Assembly: GCA_963705595.1 (NCBI GenBank)
Contig: CAVPKD010000007.1
Span: forward strand, 2,640 to 66,639
Direction of reading: 5' to 3'
Length of the DNA stretch: 64,000 nt
From: Nitrospirota bacterium
GTDB taxonomy: Bacteria; Nitrospirota; UBA9217
The notes below the pieces were generated by a model. That model made no database searches. It was not told the origin of the DNA and saw nothing but the letters and a program-made list of their open reading frames with translations. The position numbers were made by a program, and so were the translations under genes. Positions 31,633 through 42,378 of the stretch are shown piece after piece. The first letter of the stretch is position 1; each line of letters begins with the position of its first letter.

Positions 31633-33631
31633 TCATACCAGGGCCGCTTCTACGACGTCCGCGATGGTGTCGACGAGCCGGATATCGATGTCTCTTTTCA
31701 TGTCGTCGGACAACTCCTCGACGTCGGCCCTGTTGCGTGCGGGCACGATCACGGTCTTGACCTTTGCTCGCTTGGCCGCAAGGATCTTATCCTGGATCCC
31801 GCCGACGGGGAGGATGCGGCCCGTAAGGGTTATCTCGCCGGTCATGGCGACGTCACGCAGGGCCGGCCGACCGGTCAGGAGCGAGACGAGGGCGATAAGG
31901 ATGGTGATGCCCGCCGAGGGGCCGTCCTTCTGGATCGCGCCGGAGGGTACGTGGATGTGGATGTCGTGGTGCTCGAAAAAATCATCGGGGATGCCGAAGG
32001 TTCCGGCATTGCTCCTGATGTAGCTGAGCGCCGCCTGAGCCGATTCCCGCATCACGTCGCCGAGCGAGCCGGTGATGATGAGTTCTTTGTCGCCCTTCAT
32101 TTTGGCTGCCTCGACAAAGATGATGTCTCCGCCGGTCTCGGTGCGCACGAGACCCGTGGCTACGCCGATCCGGTCCTGTTCCTCGATCACCTCGAAATGG
32201 AATTTTTTTCTCCCGAGATAGTGTTCCACGGACTCAGGGGCTATGGTCACGACCTCCGGGCCCCCCGTATTCTGGAGCGTTTTCCGGGCGATCTTGCGGC
32301 AGACCGTGGCGATCCTTCTTTCGAGGTTCCGGATGCCCGCTTCATGCGTGTATTCCTGGATGATCTTTTGCACGGCCTCATCGGTAAAGACGACCTGGTT
32401 CGAAGACAGGCCTTTTTCCCGTATCTGTTTGGGGCAGAGGAACCGCAAGGCGATTTGTGCCTTCTCCTCCTGCGTGTAGCCCGCGAACTCGATGACTTCC
32501 ATGCGGTCGCGGAGTGGCGCGGGGATGGTGTCAAGCACGTTTGCGGTGAGGATGAACATGACGCTCGACAGATCGAACGGCACGTCAAGGTAGTGGTCTA
32601 CGAAAGAGCGGTTCTGCTCGGGGTCGAGCACTTCGAGCAGTGCCGAGGCCGGGTCGCCCTTGAAGTCGCGTCCGATCTTGTCGAGTTCGTCGAGCATGAC
32701 CACGGGATTGGCCGATTCCACCCTCCGGATTTCCTCGATGACCCTGCCTGGCTTTGCGCCCACATAGGTCCTCCGGTGCCCACGGATGTCGGCCTCGTCC
32801 TTCAGCCCGCCGAGAGCGATCCTCGTGAATTTTCTGCCGAGCGCCTGGGCAATGGATTTCCCGAGCGACGTCTTCCCCGTACCTGGAGGGCCCGCAAAGC
32901 AGAGCACCGATCCCTTGGTGATGGGCCTGAGCGATTTTTGGTCGACCGCCCGCTTTACGGTGTCGCGCACTTCGTCGAGCTTGAACGGTTTTGCGATATA
33001 GTGGAACGCGCCTTTCTTCATCGCCTCGATGGCCGAGGGGACGGTGGCGTAGCCAGTCACCATGATCACTTTAGTGTCGGGGTATTTTATCTTGACCCGC
33101 TCCAGGAGATCCATGCCGTCGATTTTCCCCATGCGGAGGTCGGTCAGGACCACATCGAACTCCGAAGATTCCAGCACCCGGAGCGCTTCTGCTCCGTCCG
33201 CTGCCGTCATCACGTCATAATTCTCTTTCACCAGGATGTGCGCCAGGTTTTTCCTCGCGATCTCTTCATCGTCGACGACCAGGACGCGAGCCTTTTTGTT
33301 CATCATGAGCACCTTGATCGCCAGGTGCTCCATGATCCGCTCTTTGATCTTGTCCAGGCCATAATGGTTTTCATTCAGGATGCGCTCGGCACGGACGATA
33401 TCGAGATTGTCTTCGGTTTTTTTGTTCCAGGGCAGGGAAACGAGGTAGTCGATGTAGGTGATGCCGATGGTATATTCTGCGGACGAGGGACTGATCCTGG
33501 TCAGGAGTTCAAGTTCCTGTTCTGCGATCTTTTGCAACAGGAGGGGGCATGTGCGCCGACGATATCTTCTGGCGAAGTTCTTCAATGATAAATTCCTGCT
33601 GCTGGTCTTCTGATTTTTTAAAGAATTTCAT
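31633..33631 (-). CDS. lon: Lon-type ATP-dependent protease with an inserted receiver domain and no LON N-domain (frameshift near 33535)
   Basis: [14 protein letters not shown] insert, [22 protein letters not shown] (Ser), KILAAKR (Lys); start MKFFKK at 33631 with AGGTG RBS. Confidence 0.9.
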
Positions 33632-33734
33632 AGCACACCTTTGAAATTTTGAAACGGTTGCATTTTACAACGTTTTCATTTTTATTGCAACAGTCAAAAA
33701 TTGCTTGTAAATTCAATGGTTAATGGGCATTTGG

Positions 33735-33749
33735 TGCATTCCTATTGCA
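33735..33749. promoter_or_regulatory. NtrC-like activator site TGCA-N7-TGCA
   Basis: TGCATTCCTATTGCA, about 90 bp upstream of the -24/-12 element. Confidence 0.5.
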
Positions 33750-33835
33750 TTATAAAACATTCGGAACAAGAGCCTGATTCAAAAACTCAGCTCAATAATA
33801 GCATGATTTCAATATGTTAATGCTTTTATTTTTTC

Positions 33836-33851
33836 TGGCACGGTAGTTGTA
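33836..33851 (+). promoter_or_regulatory. Sigma-54 promoter, near-consensus
   Basis: TGGCACGGTAGTTGTA (TTGT instead of TTGC at -12). Confidence 0.7.
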
Positions 33852-33890
33852 ATAAGAATAGCAGAATAACAAATGATAAACAAGGAGGAA

Positions 33891-34073
33891 ATGACAATGA
33901 CAAGCATATTCAAGAAATTCGAAACAACAATGGTAGCAGCATCATTCGCGGAAGAGGGTGAGTTTGAGACAGCCCGCCAGATCATGAATGAAGATCGCCC
34001 GAGAAAGACCGACCGTCCGTCCGCCTATGATTACAAGCGGCCCGTTGCAAGAAAAGAACTGCGTGCAGACTAA
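33891..34073 (+). CDS. Small protein with AASFAEEGE motif
   Basis: Strong AAGGAGG RBS; motif shared with the next gene. Confidence 0.75.
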   Translation: MTMTSIFKKFETTMVAASFAEEGEFETARQIMNEDRPRKTDRPSAYDYKRPVARKELRAD

Positions 34074-34118
34074 GTTGCGCTTCGAGGGTCATCTTTGCGA
34101 GTAAATCCGGGGATTATC

Positions 34119-34623
34119 ATGGAAACGATCAATCTTAAGAAAATGATAAAAAGTATGGAAAGTGCTCTGACAGCAGCCTCCTTCGCGGAAGAAGGCGAAG
34201 CCGAGGCAGCACGGTCTATCCTGAAGGAAGACCGAAGGGTCCTTCTTGCGCTCAAAGAAGGACAGATCGACGCCAAGACCCTGAAATACGCTCTGAACAC
34301 TGCCAAGAGGATCGGCGCTCATCTCGACATTCTCACTGTTTCGGCAACGGGACGAGGAGCGAGCAAGCTGGACCCTTTGCTCGAGCATTTCGTAACGGAA
34401 CTCGGGGCGGAACGGATCCAATACCGCCTGATCCCGCGGACCGGTTGTCTCAAGCAGCAGATCATCGACTATACGAACAGCGAAAAGGAGATCCTTTTCG
34501 CCGTCATCGAATCACCGCACAGTCTCGATGCCGATTGCAATAAGAAGGACAAGAGCACTTTCGGAATTATGGCAGAAGCTGAAATGCCCGCTCGTCGTGG
34601 TCATGGACGGGGCCCGGGCATAG
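34119..34623 (+). CDS. USP-like protein with N-terminal AASFAEEGE motif (frameshift near 34555)
   Basis: RVLLAL...LKYALNTAKRIGAHLDIL; corrected C-terminus LWQKLKCPLVVV. Confidence 0.7.
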
Positions 34624-34722
34624 CACCCGCTTAGAAGAGATACGAATTTGACAGGAGAGGGGCGGAGAAAAGCATTTTTTGTCTCCGCGGTCCTGTCCAA
34701 AAAACCATAAGGAGGAATTATC

Positions 34723-34977
34723 ATGGCACAAAGCACCACAAAGAAGAAGCCGGTGGCGCAAGTTGATCGTTATGGGTATCATATCCATAGCGCTCTACAC
34801 GACCCTCCTGCTCAAGCAGGACCTGGTAAACAGCACCTTCGCCAAGGGGCGGAATGTATGCGCTGCTACCCGATCATCACGGCATTTGTTTTTTCGTACT
34901 TTCACGGTTCGTTCACCGGTAATTTCTGGACCGTGCTCGGCATCGAGGCCGCGAAGAAAAAGAAGGAGGTAAAATAA
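34723..34977 (+). CDS. Small two-TM membrane protein of the family found upstream of TauE transporters (internal indels)
   Basis: GGAGG RBS; KLIVMGIISIALY in an alternate frame; FSYFHGSFTGNFWTVLGIEA. Confidence 0.65.
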   Translation: MAQSTTKKKPVAQVDRYGYHIHSALHDPPAQAGPGKQHLRQGAECMRCYPIITAFVFSYFHGSFTGNFWTVLGIEAAKKKKEVK

Positions 34978-34978
34978 C

Positions 34979-36064
34979 ATGCATGACGTTCGCGCGAATT
35001 TCATCAATCTCGATGCCATCACCATCCTCTATCTGTTCGGGGTGGGTTTTGTCGGCGGTCTCGTAAGCGGATTCATCGGTTCCGGCGGCGCGTTCGTTCT
35101 CACGCCGGGCATGATGAGCCTGGGCGTCCCCGGGCTCGTGGCGGTGGCAAGCAACATGTGCCACAAGTTCCCCAAGGCGCTCGTGGGCGCGATCAAGCGG
35201 TCCAAGTACGGCCAGGTTGACGTGAAGCTCGGCCTCGTCCTCGGCGTATCGGCCGAAGCCGGCGTGCTCTACGGCGCCCATATCCAGGAGAAGATCAAGG
35301 CTGGCCTTCGGCGATGCCGGTTCGAACCTCTATGTGAGCGTGGCCTTCGTCGTGATCCTCGCGACGGTCGGCGGTTTTGTTCTCCGTGATGCCTGGAAGA
35401 CCTACAAAGTCCGGAAATTCCAATGCGGAGGAAAAGGCTGGGAAGCTCGCCAAGTGGGTACAGTCCATCAATATCCCGGGCACCATGGTCTATTTCAAGA
35501 GCATCAACGCACGCGTTTCGGTGCTCTTCACCATCCCCCTCGGTTTTGCAACAGGCATGCTGGCCGCCACGATCGCGGTCGGCGGTTTCATCGGCGTTCC
35601 CGCAATGATCTATGTCCTCGGCGCTCCCAGCCTCATGGCCTCGGCCACGGAGCTCGTGATCGCCTTTGTCATGGGTCTCGGCGGTTCGCTCAAGTATGCC
35701 ATGCACGGCCTGGTCGACATCCGGCTCGCCATGATCATCCTCGCCGGCTCGCTCTTCGGCATTCAGCTCGGCGCCATCGGCACCACCTATGTGAAGCCGT
35801 TCATGATCAAGGTCGTCATGGGCGTGATCATGGTGATCGTGCTGTTCAGCCGCGGCCTCATGGTCCCGGTATACCTGGCCCAGCTCGGGCTTATCGAGAA
35901 ACTTGAGCGACGGCACGGTGAGTTTGCTTAAGACCACCAGCTTTGCTATAATGATATTCGCATTGCTGCTCGGTGCATTCATCGTCCTGCGCGCCATGTG
36001 GCAGGGCCGTCAGGCCGAGAGACTGCAGCATGCGTCAGGAGCCCTGGAGCATGGGGAAGTATAG
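34979..36064 (+). CDS. TSUP/TauE-SafE sulfite exporter family permease (frameshifts near 35305, 35410, 35910)
   Basis: GLVSGFIGSGGAFVLTP, AVASNMCH, VDVKLG, IAVGGFIGVP, ASATEL, GIQLGA. Confidence 0.85.
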
Positions 36065-36912
36065 GAAGATCCTTGTTGCCGTCGATAGCTCGGAATCCAG
36101 CAGGAACGCGCTTCGCCAGGCGTTCAAACTGGCGAACGAAGAGAAATGCTGGATAACCGTCACGTCGGTGGTGCCCCCGTACGAAGGCGAGATCGAGATC
36201 CTCGGGGTCAAAGACATCAGGGCTGCGTTGAGAAAGCCCTGCGAAGACGCGCTCGCCGAGGTCCAAAAGATAGCCAAGACCGAGCGGATGCTCGTCAAGA
36301 CGGTATGTGAAGAAGGCGAGGTCCACGAGCGGATCGTAGACCTCGCCGATGCAGAGAACTGCGATGTTATCGTCATGGGAAGGCGCGGACTGCGCCGCAT
36401 CGAGCGTACGCTCATCGGGCAGCGTGACGGCGAGGGTCATCGGCCATACACAGCGGGACGTCCTTGTTGTCCCGAACGGCACGACGGTCGGCTGGAAAAC
36501 GATCGTGCTCGCGACTGACGGATCGAAGTACAGTGCTGCGGCAGCAGAGCGCGCGATCGCTTTCGCAAAGTCCTATGGCGGCGAGTTGAAGGTCCTGTCG
36601 GTCGTGGATGTGCCGACGGAATTTTATGCCGAGGCACCCAAGGCGGTAGAGGACCTCGTCCAGAAAGGCAAAAGGCTTCGTGGCCGATGTAAAAAAACAG
36701 GCCGAGGCTGCCGGTGTATCAGGCCGAGACCTTTGTGGGTGAGGCCGAAGCATACCAGGCGGTCAATAACCTGGCGCAGGAACAGAAGGCCAACATGATC
36801 GTTCTGGGATCTCACGGCAGGACCGGCCTCCGACGGCTCCTCATGGGCAGCGTCACCGAAAAGGTCATCGGTCATGCGCTCCTGCCCGGTGCTCGTTGTT
36901 AAAAGCTCATGA
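36051..36912 (+). CDS. Tandem-domain universal stress protein (several frameshifts)
   Basis: KILVAVDSS, IVMGRRG...GSVTARV, IVLATDGS, IVLGSHGRTGL...GSVTEKV. Confidence 0.85.
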
Positions 36913-37020
36913 TACGCACTGCTGCACTTTCCTCTTAACTTTTTTCCCATAACTTTTTTCCCGTATTGACAATACGACAGGCAGTGGTTTATAATCGGCA
37001 GCATAAAGAAGGGGTGATCC

Positions 37021-37206
37021 ATGGAAGGACTTTTTCAGCCGATGCATTTGATCCTAATATTGTTTATCGTGCTCATTATTTTCGGCCCGGGGAAGCTTCC
37101 CGAGCTTGGAGAAGGACTTGGAAAGAGTATCAAAGCGTTTAAGAAGGGCATGAAGGACGAACAGAACGCCACGGCAATAGAACATAAGGAAGAAAAAAAG
37201 GCATAG
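37021..37206 (+). CDS. tatA: Twin-arginine translocase TatA/E subunit
   Basis: LIIFGPGKLPELGEGLGKSIKAFKKG. Confidence 0.92.
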   Translation: MEGLFQPMHLILILFIVLIIFGPGKLPELGEGLGKSIKAFKKGMKDEQNATAIEHKEEKKA

Positions 37207-37386
37207 CCTGCTCCCTCTAATCTTAGAGCTACCCCAGGACATGAATAAAGGTCTGCCATCTCTTGTTCATGTCCTTCCATTTTCTGCCTGCTCCCATGCT
37301 CTTTTCACCTTGCTTTTTCAAAAAAACTGTATTATCTTTAACACAGCACTTGTCCAACGAACCGCTTTTTCTTTGACCGCATTTCT

Positions 37387-39207
37387 ATGCCTGACAAGGT
37401 ATCCCCAGCTAAAGGAATCATAAAGTCCCTCGGCCTCGTGTTCGGCGATATCGGCACGAGCCCGATCTACACCTTACGGTCATTATCCTTCTCACGAAGC
37501 CTACCGAGGCAAATATTTTCGGGGTCCTGTCGCTCATTGTCTGGACGCTCATCATCCTGGTCACCGTGGAATACGCCTGGCTCGCCATGAGCCTCGGCAA
37601 GCGCGGTGAGGGCGGTACCATCGTGCTCCGGGAACTCCTCGTCCCGCTCCTCAAGTCGGGCAGGCAGGTGGCGCTTGTCACCCTGCTCTCATTCATCGGC
37701 ATCTCACTGCATCATCGGCGACGGCGTGATCACGCCGGCCATCAGTATCCTGAGCGCCGTCGAAGGCATGCTCCTCATCCCGGGATTCGAAGCGACGAAC
37801 CAGACCGTCGCTCATCGTCATCGCCGGGCTCATTGCGATCGTCCTCTTCTCGTTCCAGAAGAAGGGGACCGAAAAGGTCGCGGGCGCATTCGGGCCGATC
37901 ATGCTCCTCTGGTTCGCAGCCCTTACGATCTCCGGCATCAGCCTCGATCATCCAGGTCCCGTCCGTGGTCAAGGCCGTGAACCCTTACTATGCATTCAAG
38001 TTCCTGTACGAGAACGGCATCACCGGCTTCTTTGTGCTCTCCGAGGTCATCCTCTGCGCCACGGGCGGCGAGGCGCTGTACGCGGACATGGGACATCTGG
38101 GCCGTGAGCCCATCGTTCGTGCATGGTACTTCGTGTTCTTTGCCCTCGTGCTCAACTATCTCGGCCAGGGCGCGTTCCTTATCGCTGCATCCCGACGCCA
38201 AGAACGTGCTGTTCGAGATGGTCTTCCATCAGGCACGGTTTCTCTACATCCCATTCCTGCTTCTCAGCATCATCGCCACGGTCATCGCGTCGCAGGCCAT
38301 GATCAGCGGCATGTTCTCGATCGTGTACCAGGGCATCACCACGCGTATCATGCCCATGTTCAAGGTGGACTACACCTCCGAGGAGCGGCATTCCCAGATC
38401 TACATCGGTTTCGTCAACTGGTTCCTGCTCCTCGCCGTGCTCTTCATCATCATGGAATTCCGCGAATCGAGCAAGCTTGCGGCAGCCTACGGCCTGGCGG
38501 TCACCGGCACCATGACGCTTACCGGCATCTTCATGACCTGGATATTCTATCTCAGGAGAAAATTCGGCACGATCGGCACTCTCGCTCCTCGTGACCTGGT
38601 CACCATGACGTTCCTCATGTCCAATACCTACAAGATCCCTCATGGCGGGTACTGGTCCATCATCATCGCCGCAATCCCGTTTCTGATCATCATGCTTTAC
38701 CGGACGGGCCAGCGGAAGCTCTACTATGCGCTCCAGCCGCTGCCGCTCGACGTTTTTCTGCTCGAGCTATAACCAGATCTATCAAGGCCGTGAACAAGAT
38801 CAGCGGCACGGCCCTTTTCTTCGCCCGGGACGCAAAAGAGATGCCCCCCTATATCGTTCATACCATGTTCAAGAACAATATCATCTATGAGGACAATATC
38901 ATCGTCTCGATCGTCAAGCGGGAAGACCCCTTCGGCGTCACGGGCTTCTTCAAGGAGGATCTTGCACCCGGGCCTCAGGTCCTTCGAGATCCAGATGGGG
39001 TACATGGAAGTGCCGGATGTGGAGGAGATCCTGCGCGAGGCGGGGATCAGCGAGAAGACCATCTTCTACGGGGTCGAGGATATCATTCCGACGAACATCA
39101 TCTGGCAGATATTCTCGGTCATCAAGCGACTGACGCCGAACATCGTCCAGTTCTACAAGCTCCCGGCGAACAAACTGCATGGCGTGGTGACGCGGGTGGA
39201 GATGTAG
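37387..39207 (+). CDS. kup: KUP/HAK/KT potassium transporter (roughly 8 frameshifts)
   Basis: GLVFGDIGTSPIY, GEGG, GDGVITPAISILSAVEG, TGGEALYADMGH, ASQAMISG, LAAAYGLAV. Confidence 0.88.
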
Positions 39208-39287
39208 TGGTGAACGCGATAAGACCGCGTTAAGCGAACAGGCGGGAAGAAGATACGGGATACTCATCTGCAAAAAAAGAGGTGTCC

Positions 39288-39620
39288 ATGAAACTCTTCG
39301 AAGTAGCAGAAAAGGTACAAGATTCCGGCGAGTACATCCTCGGCTCGCGTGAGACAGGAAGCCATGCCTGTTATCTGGTTTATGGAGTGCTCAAGCCGGG
39401 AGAGAAGGGGAGAGAGTTAAGACCTGGTCATGGCCATGAGGAGATCGTTCTTGCATTGACCGGGGATCTGAGGTTAACGGGACATCATACAGGAACACTC
39501 AAACAGGGACAGGCGCTGCATTTCACGGGAGAGGAATCCATCATCGTGGAGAACACGGGTAATTCGCAGGCTCTCTATGTCATCGCCGGCGGCCATTCAA
39601 GCCATGGGCATCATGAGTAA
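39288..39620 (+). CDS. Small cupin-like protein
   Basis: GHGHEEIV...GQALHF beta-barrel pattern; AGAGGTG RBS. Confidence 0.6.
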   Translation: MKLFEVAEKVQDSGEYILGSRETGSHACYLVYGVLKPGEKGRELRPGHGHEEIVLALTGDLRLTGHHTGTLKQGQALHFTGEESIIVENTGNSQALYVIAGGHSSHGHHE

Positions 39621-39689
39621 CTTATGATTCAAATTCTTTTCAAACGCTTTGTCGATAGATTTGATTTCGGTTCGTCAGGGTTAGGGAAA

Positions 39690-40793
39690 TTACAACGGCA
39701 GCTTTTCTGTCCTCTCTTCGATAAGCGTTCGGGATTCGGCGCCACTTAACGACTGGAGACGGTCACCGAACTTCTCAAGCCGTTTGTCCGCTTCGTCATA
39801 CCTCGCCTTCGTGTTCGTCAGGTGCTTGCCCACCAGTTCGAAATCATCCTGAAATTTCTCGAAGTCGCCGGAAAGCCTCGCAAGATCTCTCAGGATTTCC
39901 TGCGCTTGCTCCTCGATGTGCAAGCCTTTGAGGCCGAGGAGGATGGTCTGGAGGTAGGCGTAGAAACTGTTCGGCGAGACCGGGATGACCCGCTTGGCGA
40001 AGGCGTAGTTCAGGAGCGCCTTGTCCGTGTCCACGGCCTCGTCCTTGATGATGAGCTCGTAGTACACGTTTTCCGCCGGGATGTACATGAGCGCAAAGTC
40101 GAAGGTGCCTTCATCGGGCAGGATGTATTTCGAAGCGATGGCATCGACATGCCTCTTCACGTCGGCAATGAATTTCTTCTTTGCGGCCTTTCGTTCATCT
40201 TCCGATGCTGTCTCAACGACGCGCTTGAAATTTTCAAGAGGGAATTTGGCATCCACGGGCACGAGGTTGTGGCCGAGCCGGATGACCGCGTCCACGACCT
40301 CGCCGCTCTTGAACCGGTGCTGAAGCGTAAAGTGGGCCGGCGGGAATATCTGGGCCAGGAGATCGCCGAGAAAGAGCTCGCCGAGCCCGCCGCGCAGCTT
40401 GGGTGAGCGCAGGATCTCCTGCAGGCTCGCGATGTCCTTCCCTACATCGAACACTTTTTTCGTGGCCTCGCTCAGGCTGCCGAGCCCCTTGCTTACTTCC
40501 TGCACAACACGCGCGGCGTTGTCCAGCCGCGTGTTCAGGTCGCCCGTCGATTTCTGGAGCTGTTGGGTAACCTGGCCAAGCTGGGTGTTCACCTGCATCG
40601 TGATCTGGCCGAGCTGATGGTTCACGGTCTCCTGGCTCTTGAGCATGGCCTCGGTGAGCTGGCCCCGGAGGGACTGTACCTCCTGCTGCATCAGACTCAA
40701 AGTCGGGTCAGCGGTCTTCTTCTGGGACTGGAGGATGAACCAGATCAGGATCACAAGAACAGCGGCAAGAAGTATGAGGATGGCTGTCAGCAT
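39690..40793 (-). CDS. rmuC: DNA recombination protein RmuC
   Basis: N-terminal TM and coiled coil, RGGLGE, VDAVI, PVDAKFP, FALMYIPAE, PVSP. Confidence 0.93.
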   Translation of the reverse strand: MLTAILILLAAVLVILIWFILQSQKKTADPTLSLMQQEVQSLRGQLTEAMLKSQETVNHQLGQITMQVNTQLGQVTQQLQKSTGDLNTRLDNAARVVQEVSKGLGSLSEATKKVFDVGKDIASLQEILRSPKLRGGLGELFLGDLLAQIFPPAHFTLQHRFKSGEVVDAVIRLGHNLVPVDAKFPLENFKRVVETASEDERKAAKKKFIADVKRHVDAIASKYILPDEGTFDFALMYIPAENVYYELIIKDEAVDTDKALLNYAFAKRVIPVSPNSFYAYLQTILLGLKGLHIEEQAQEILRDLARLSGDFEKFQDDFELVGKHLTNTKARYDEADKRLEKFGDRLQSLSGAESRTLIEERTEKLPL

Positions 40794-40880
40794 GAAGAAA
40801 CCTTCAGGATGAGCTTAAGGTATGAGGACAAGGAATACCGTAACACCTGTGTCAGTCTCTAGCCCTGACCTCTGCACTGT

Positions 40881-41879
40881 TCACTTGATCTCCAGCATCC
40901 TGTCCAGCGCCCGCTTGGCCGGGATGCGGATGTCTTCGGGCACCTTGATCACGTACTGCATCTTCTCCATGGCCGTCAGCACGCTCTCGAGCTTCGTCCG
41001 CTTCATGTTCGGGCAGACCATCTTCGTGTTCAGGACGTAGAACCGCTTATCCGGGCTGTCCTTCCTGAGGCGGTGGAGCAGGCCTTCCTCGGTGCCGATG
41101 ATGAATTCCTTGTGATTCGATTCCTTGCAAAAGCGGAGCATGCCTGAGGTGCTCGTGATGTGATCCGCCATGTCCTGCATCTCGGGCGGGCATTCGGGAT
41201 GGACCACGAGGACGGCATCAGGATGCTCTGCCTTCGCCCTTTTCACGTCTTCAATATCAAGATGCGCCATGTGCACGTTGCAGAACCCGTCCCAGGAAAT
41301 GATCTTCTTCTTCGTCCTCTTTGCGGCATAGGCCGAGAGGTTCCGGTCAGGGATGCAGATGACCGTGTCTTCCTTGAGCGACTCCACGACCTTTACCACA
41401 TTCGACGAGGTGCAGCAGATGTCGCTTTCGGCCTTGACCGCTGCCGAGGTGTTCACATAGGCGACGACAGGCGCGCCGGGGTATTTTTTCTTCATGTCCC
41501 GGAGCGTGAATTCGTCGGCAAACTCGAAGGTGATGCCGAGCACATCCGTGTAGAACTCCCTCCGGGTCTTGCGCGGGCCTTCGACGGTGACCATGTCGGC
41601 CATGGGGCAGCCCGCGCTGATCTCGGGGAGCAGCACGGTCTTGTCCGGCGAGAGGATCGAGGCGCTTTCGGCCATGAAATGCACGCCGCAGAACACGATG
41701 ACGCGATAGTCGGTCTTCGCCGCGGCGCGGGAAAGCTCGAGCGAGTCGCCGGTGATGTCGGCGATGTCCTGGACCTCCGGACGCTGGTAATTATGCGCGA
41801 GGATGATGGCGTTCAGGTCTTTCTTGAGCTTCAGGATATTGTCGCGAAGGGCGGTGATGTCGATCTTCTCTGCACTCAT
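40881..41879 (-). CDS. nadA: Quinolinate synthase
   Basis: [38 protein letters not shown]. Confidence 0.97.
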   Translation of the reverse strand: MSAEKIDITALRDNILKLKKDLNAIILAHNYQRPEVQDIADITGDSLELSRAAAKTDYRVIVFCGVHFMAESASILSPDKTVLLPEISAGCPMADMVTVEGPRKTRREFYTDVLGITFEFADEFTLRDMKKKYPGAPVVAYVNTSAAVKAESDICCTSSNVVKVVESLKEDTVICIPDRNLSAYAAKRTKKKIISWDGFCNVHMAHLDIEDVKRAKAEHPDAVLVVHPECPPEMQDMADHITSTSGMLRFCKESNHKEFIIGTEEGLLHRLRKDSPDKRFYVLNTKMVCPNMKRTKLESVLTAMEKMQYVIKVPEDIRIPAKRALDRMLEIK

Positions 41880-42378
41880 ACGTATGAAGATAATACAGAT
41901 AATTGCAGCCGGTTGTCAATGGAATTTGTGTTGACATGAATGGGAGATAGGCGCAGCGCGGTCACTTTTACCGCAGAAGCGATGGCGTGACACGACAGCC
42001 TTGTTAGCCCGCACATAGTGGACCGCATTCCTGCTGAATCAACCGGTAAATGACGGAATGCCCCTTCATGATCGCGCTCCCTTCTTTCCTTCACCAGGAA
42101 GTGAGGATGGGATAAACGACCGATCAAGATGGTCCGGATCGATATCATCATCACAACCCCGGGGCACGCACATCTGCCGGTTCTATCCAGCCAAAGATGA
42201 CTGCGCTATATTTTGTACCAACTACAGACCGCATCGAAAGTACTTACCACCAAAGTCGCAGAGATTCGAAGTCCTCATGCGCTGAGCCAAGGCCTAATTA
42301 CGACTTGCGCCGGAAAGACGGAGTAGTGTATATTGAACTGAAATTTCAAGTCCTTCTGAAAGGGATCGACTGTTTCTT

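Noticed and set aside
31468-33588. 706-aa plus-strand ORF and similar long antisense ORFs (e.g. 5413-6636, 30372-31127, 43348-44331)
   Set aside because: Shadow ORFs of GC-rich coding strands; no motifs or RBS
37207-37386. c-di-AMP (ydaO) riboswitch upstream of kup
   Set aside because: No recognisable consensus; only a simple GGACATGAA/TTCATGTCC hairpin
37387-39207. Programmed ribosomal frameshifting in kup and other split genes
   Set aside because: Too many shifts in both directions and no consistent slippery sites; sequencing error is more parsimonious
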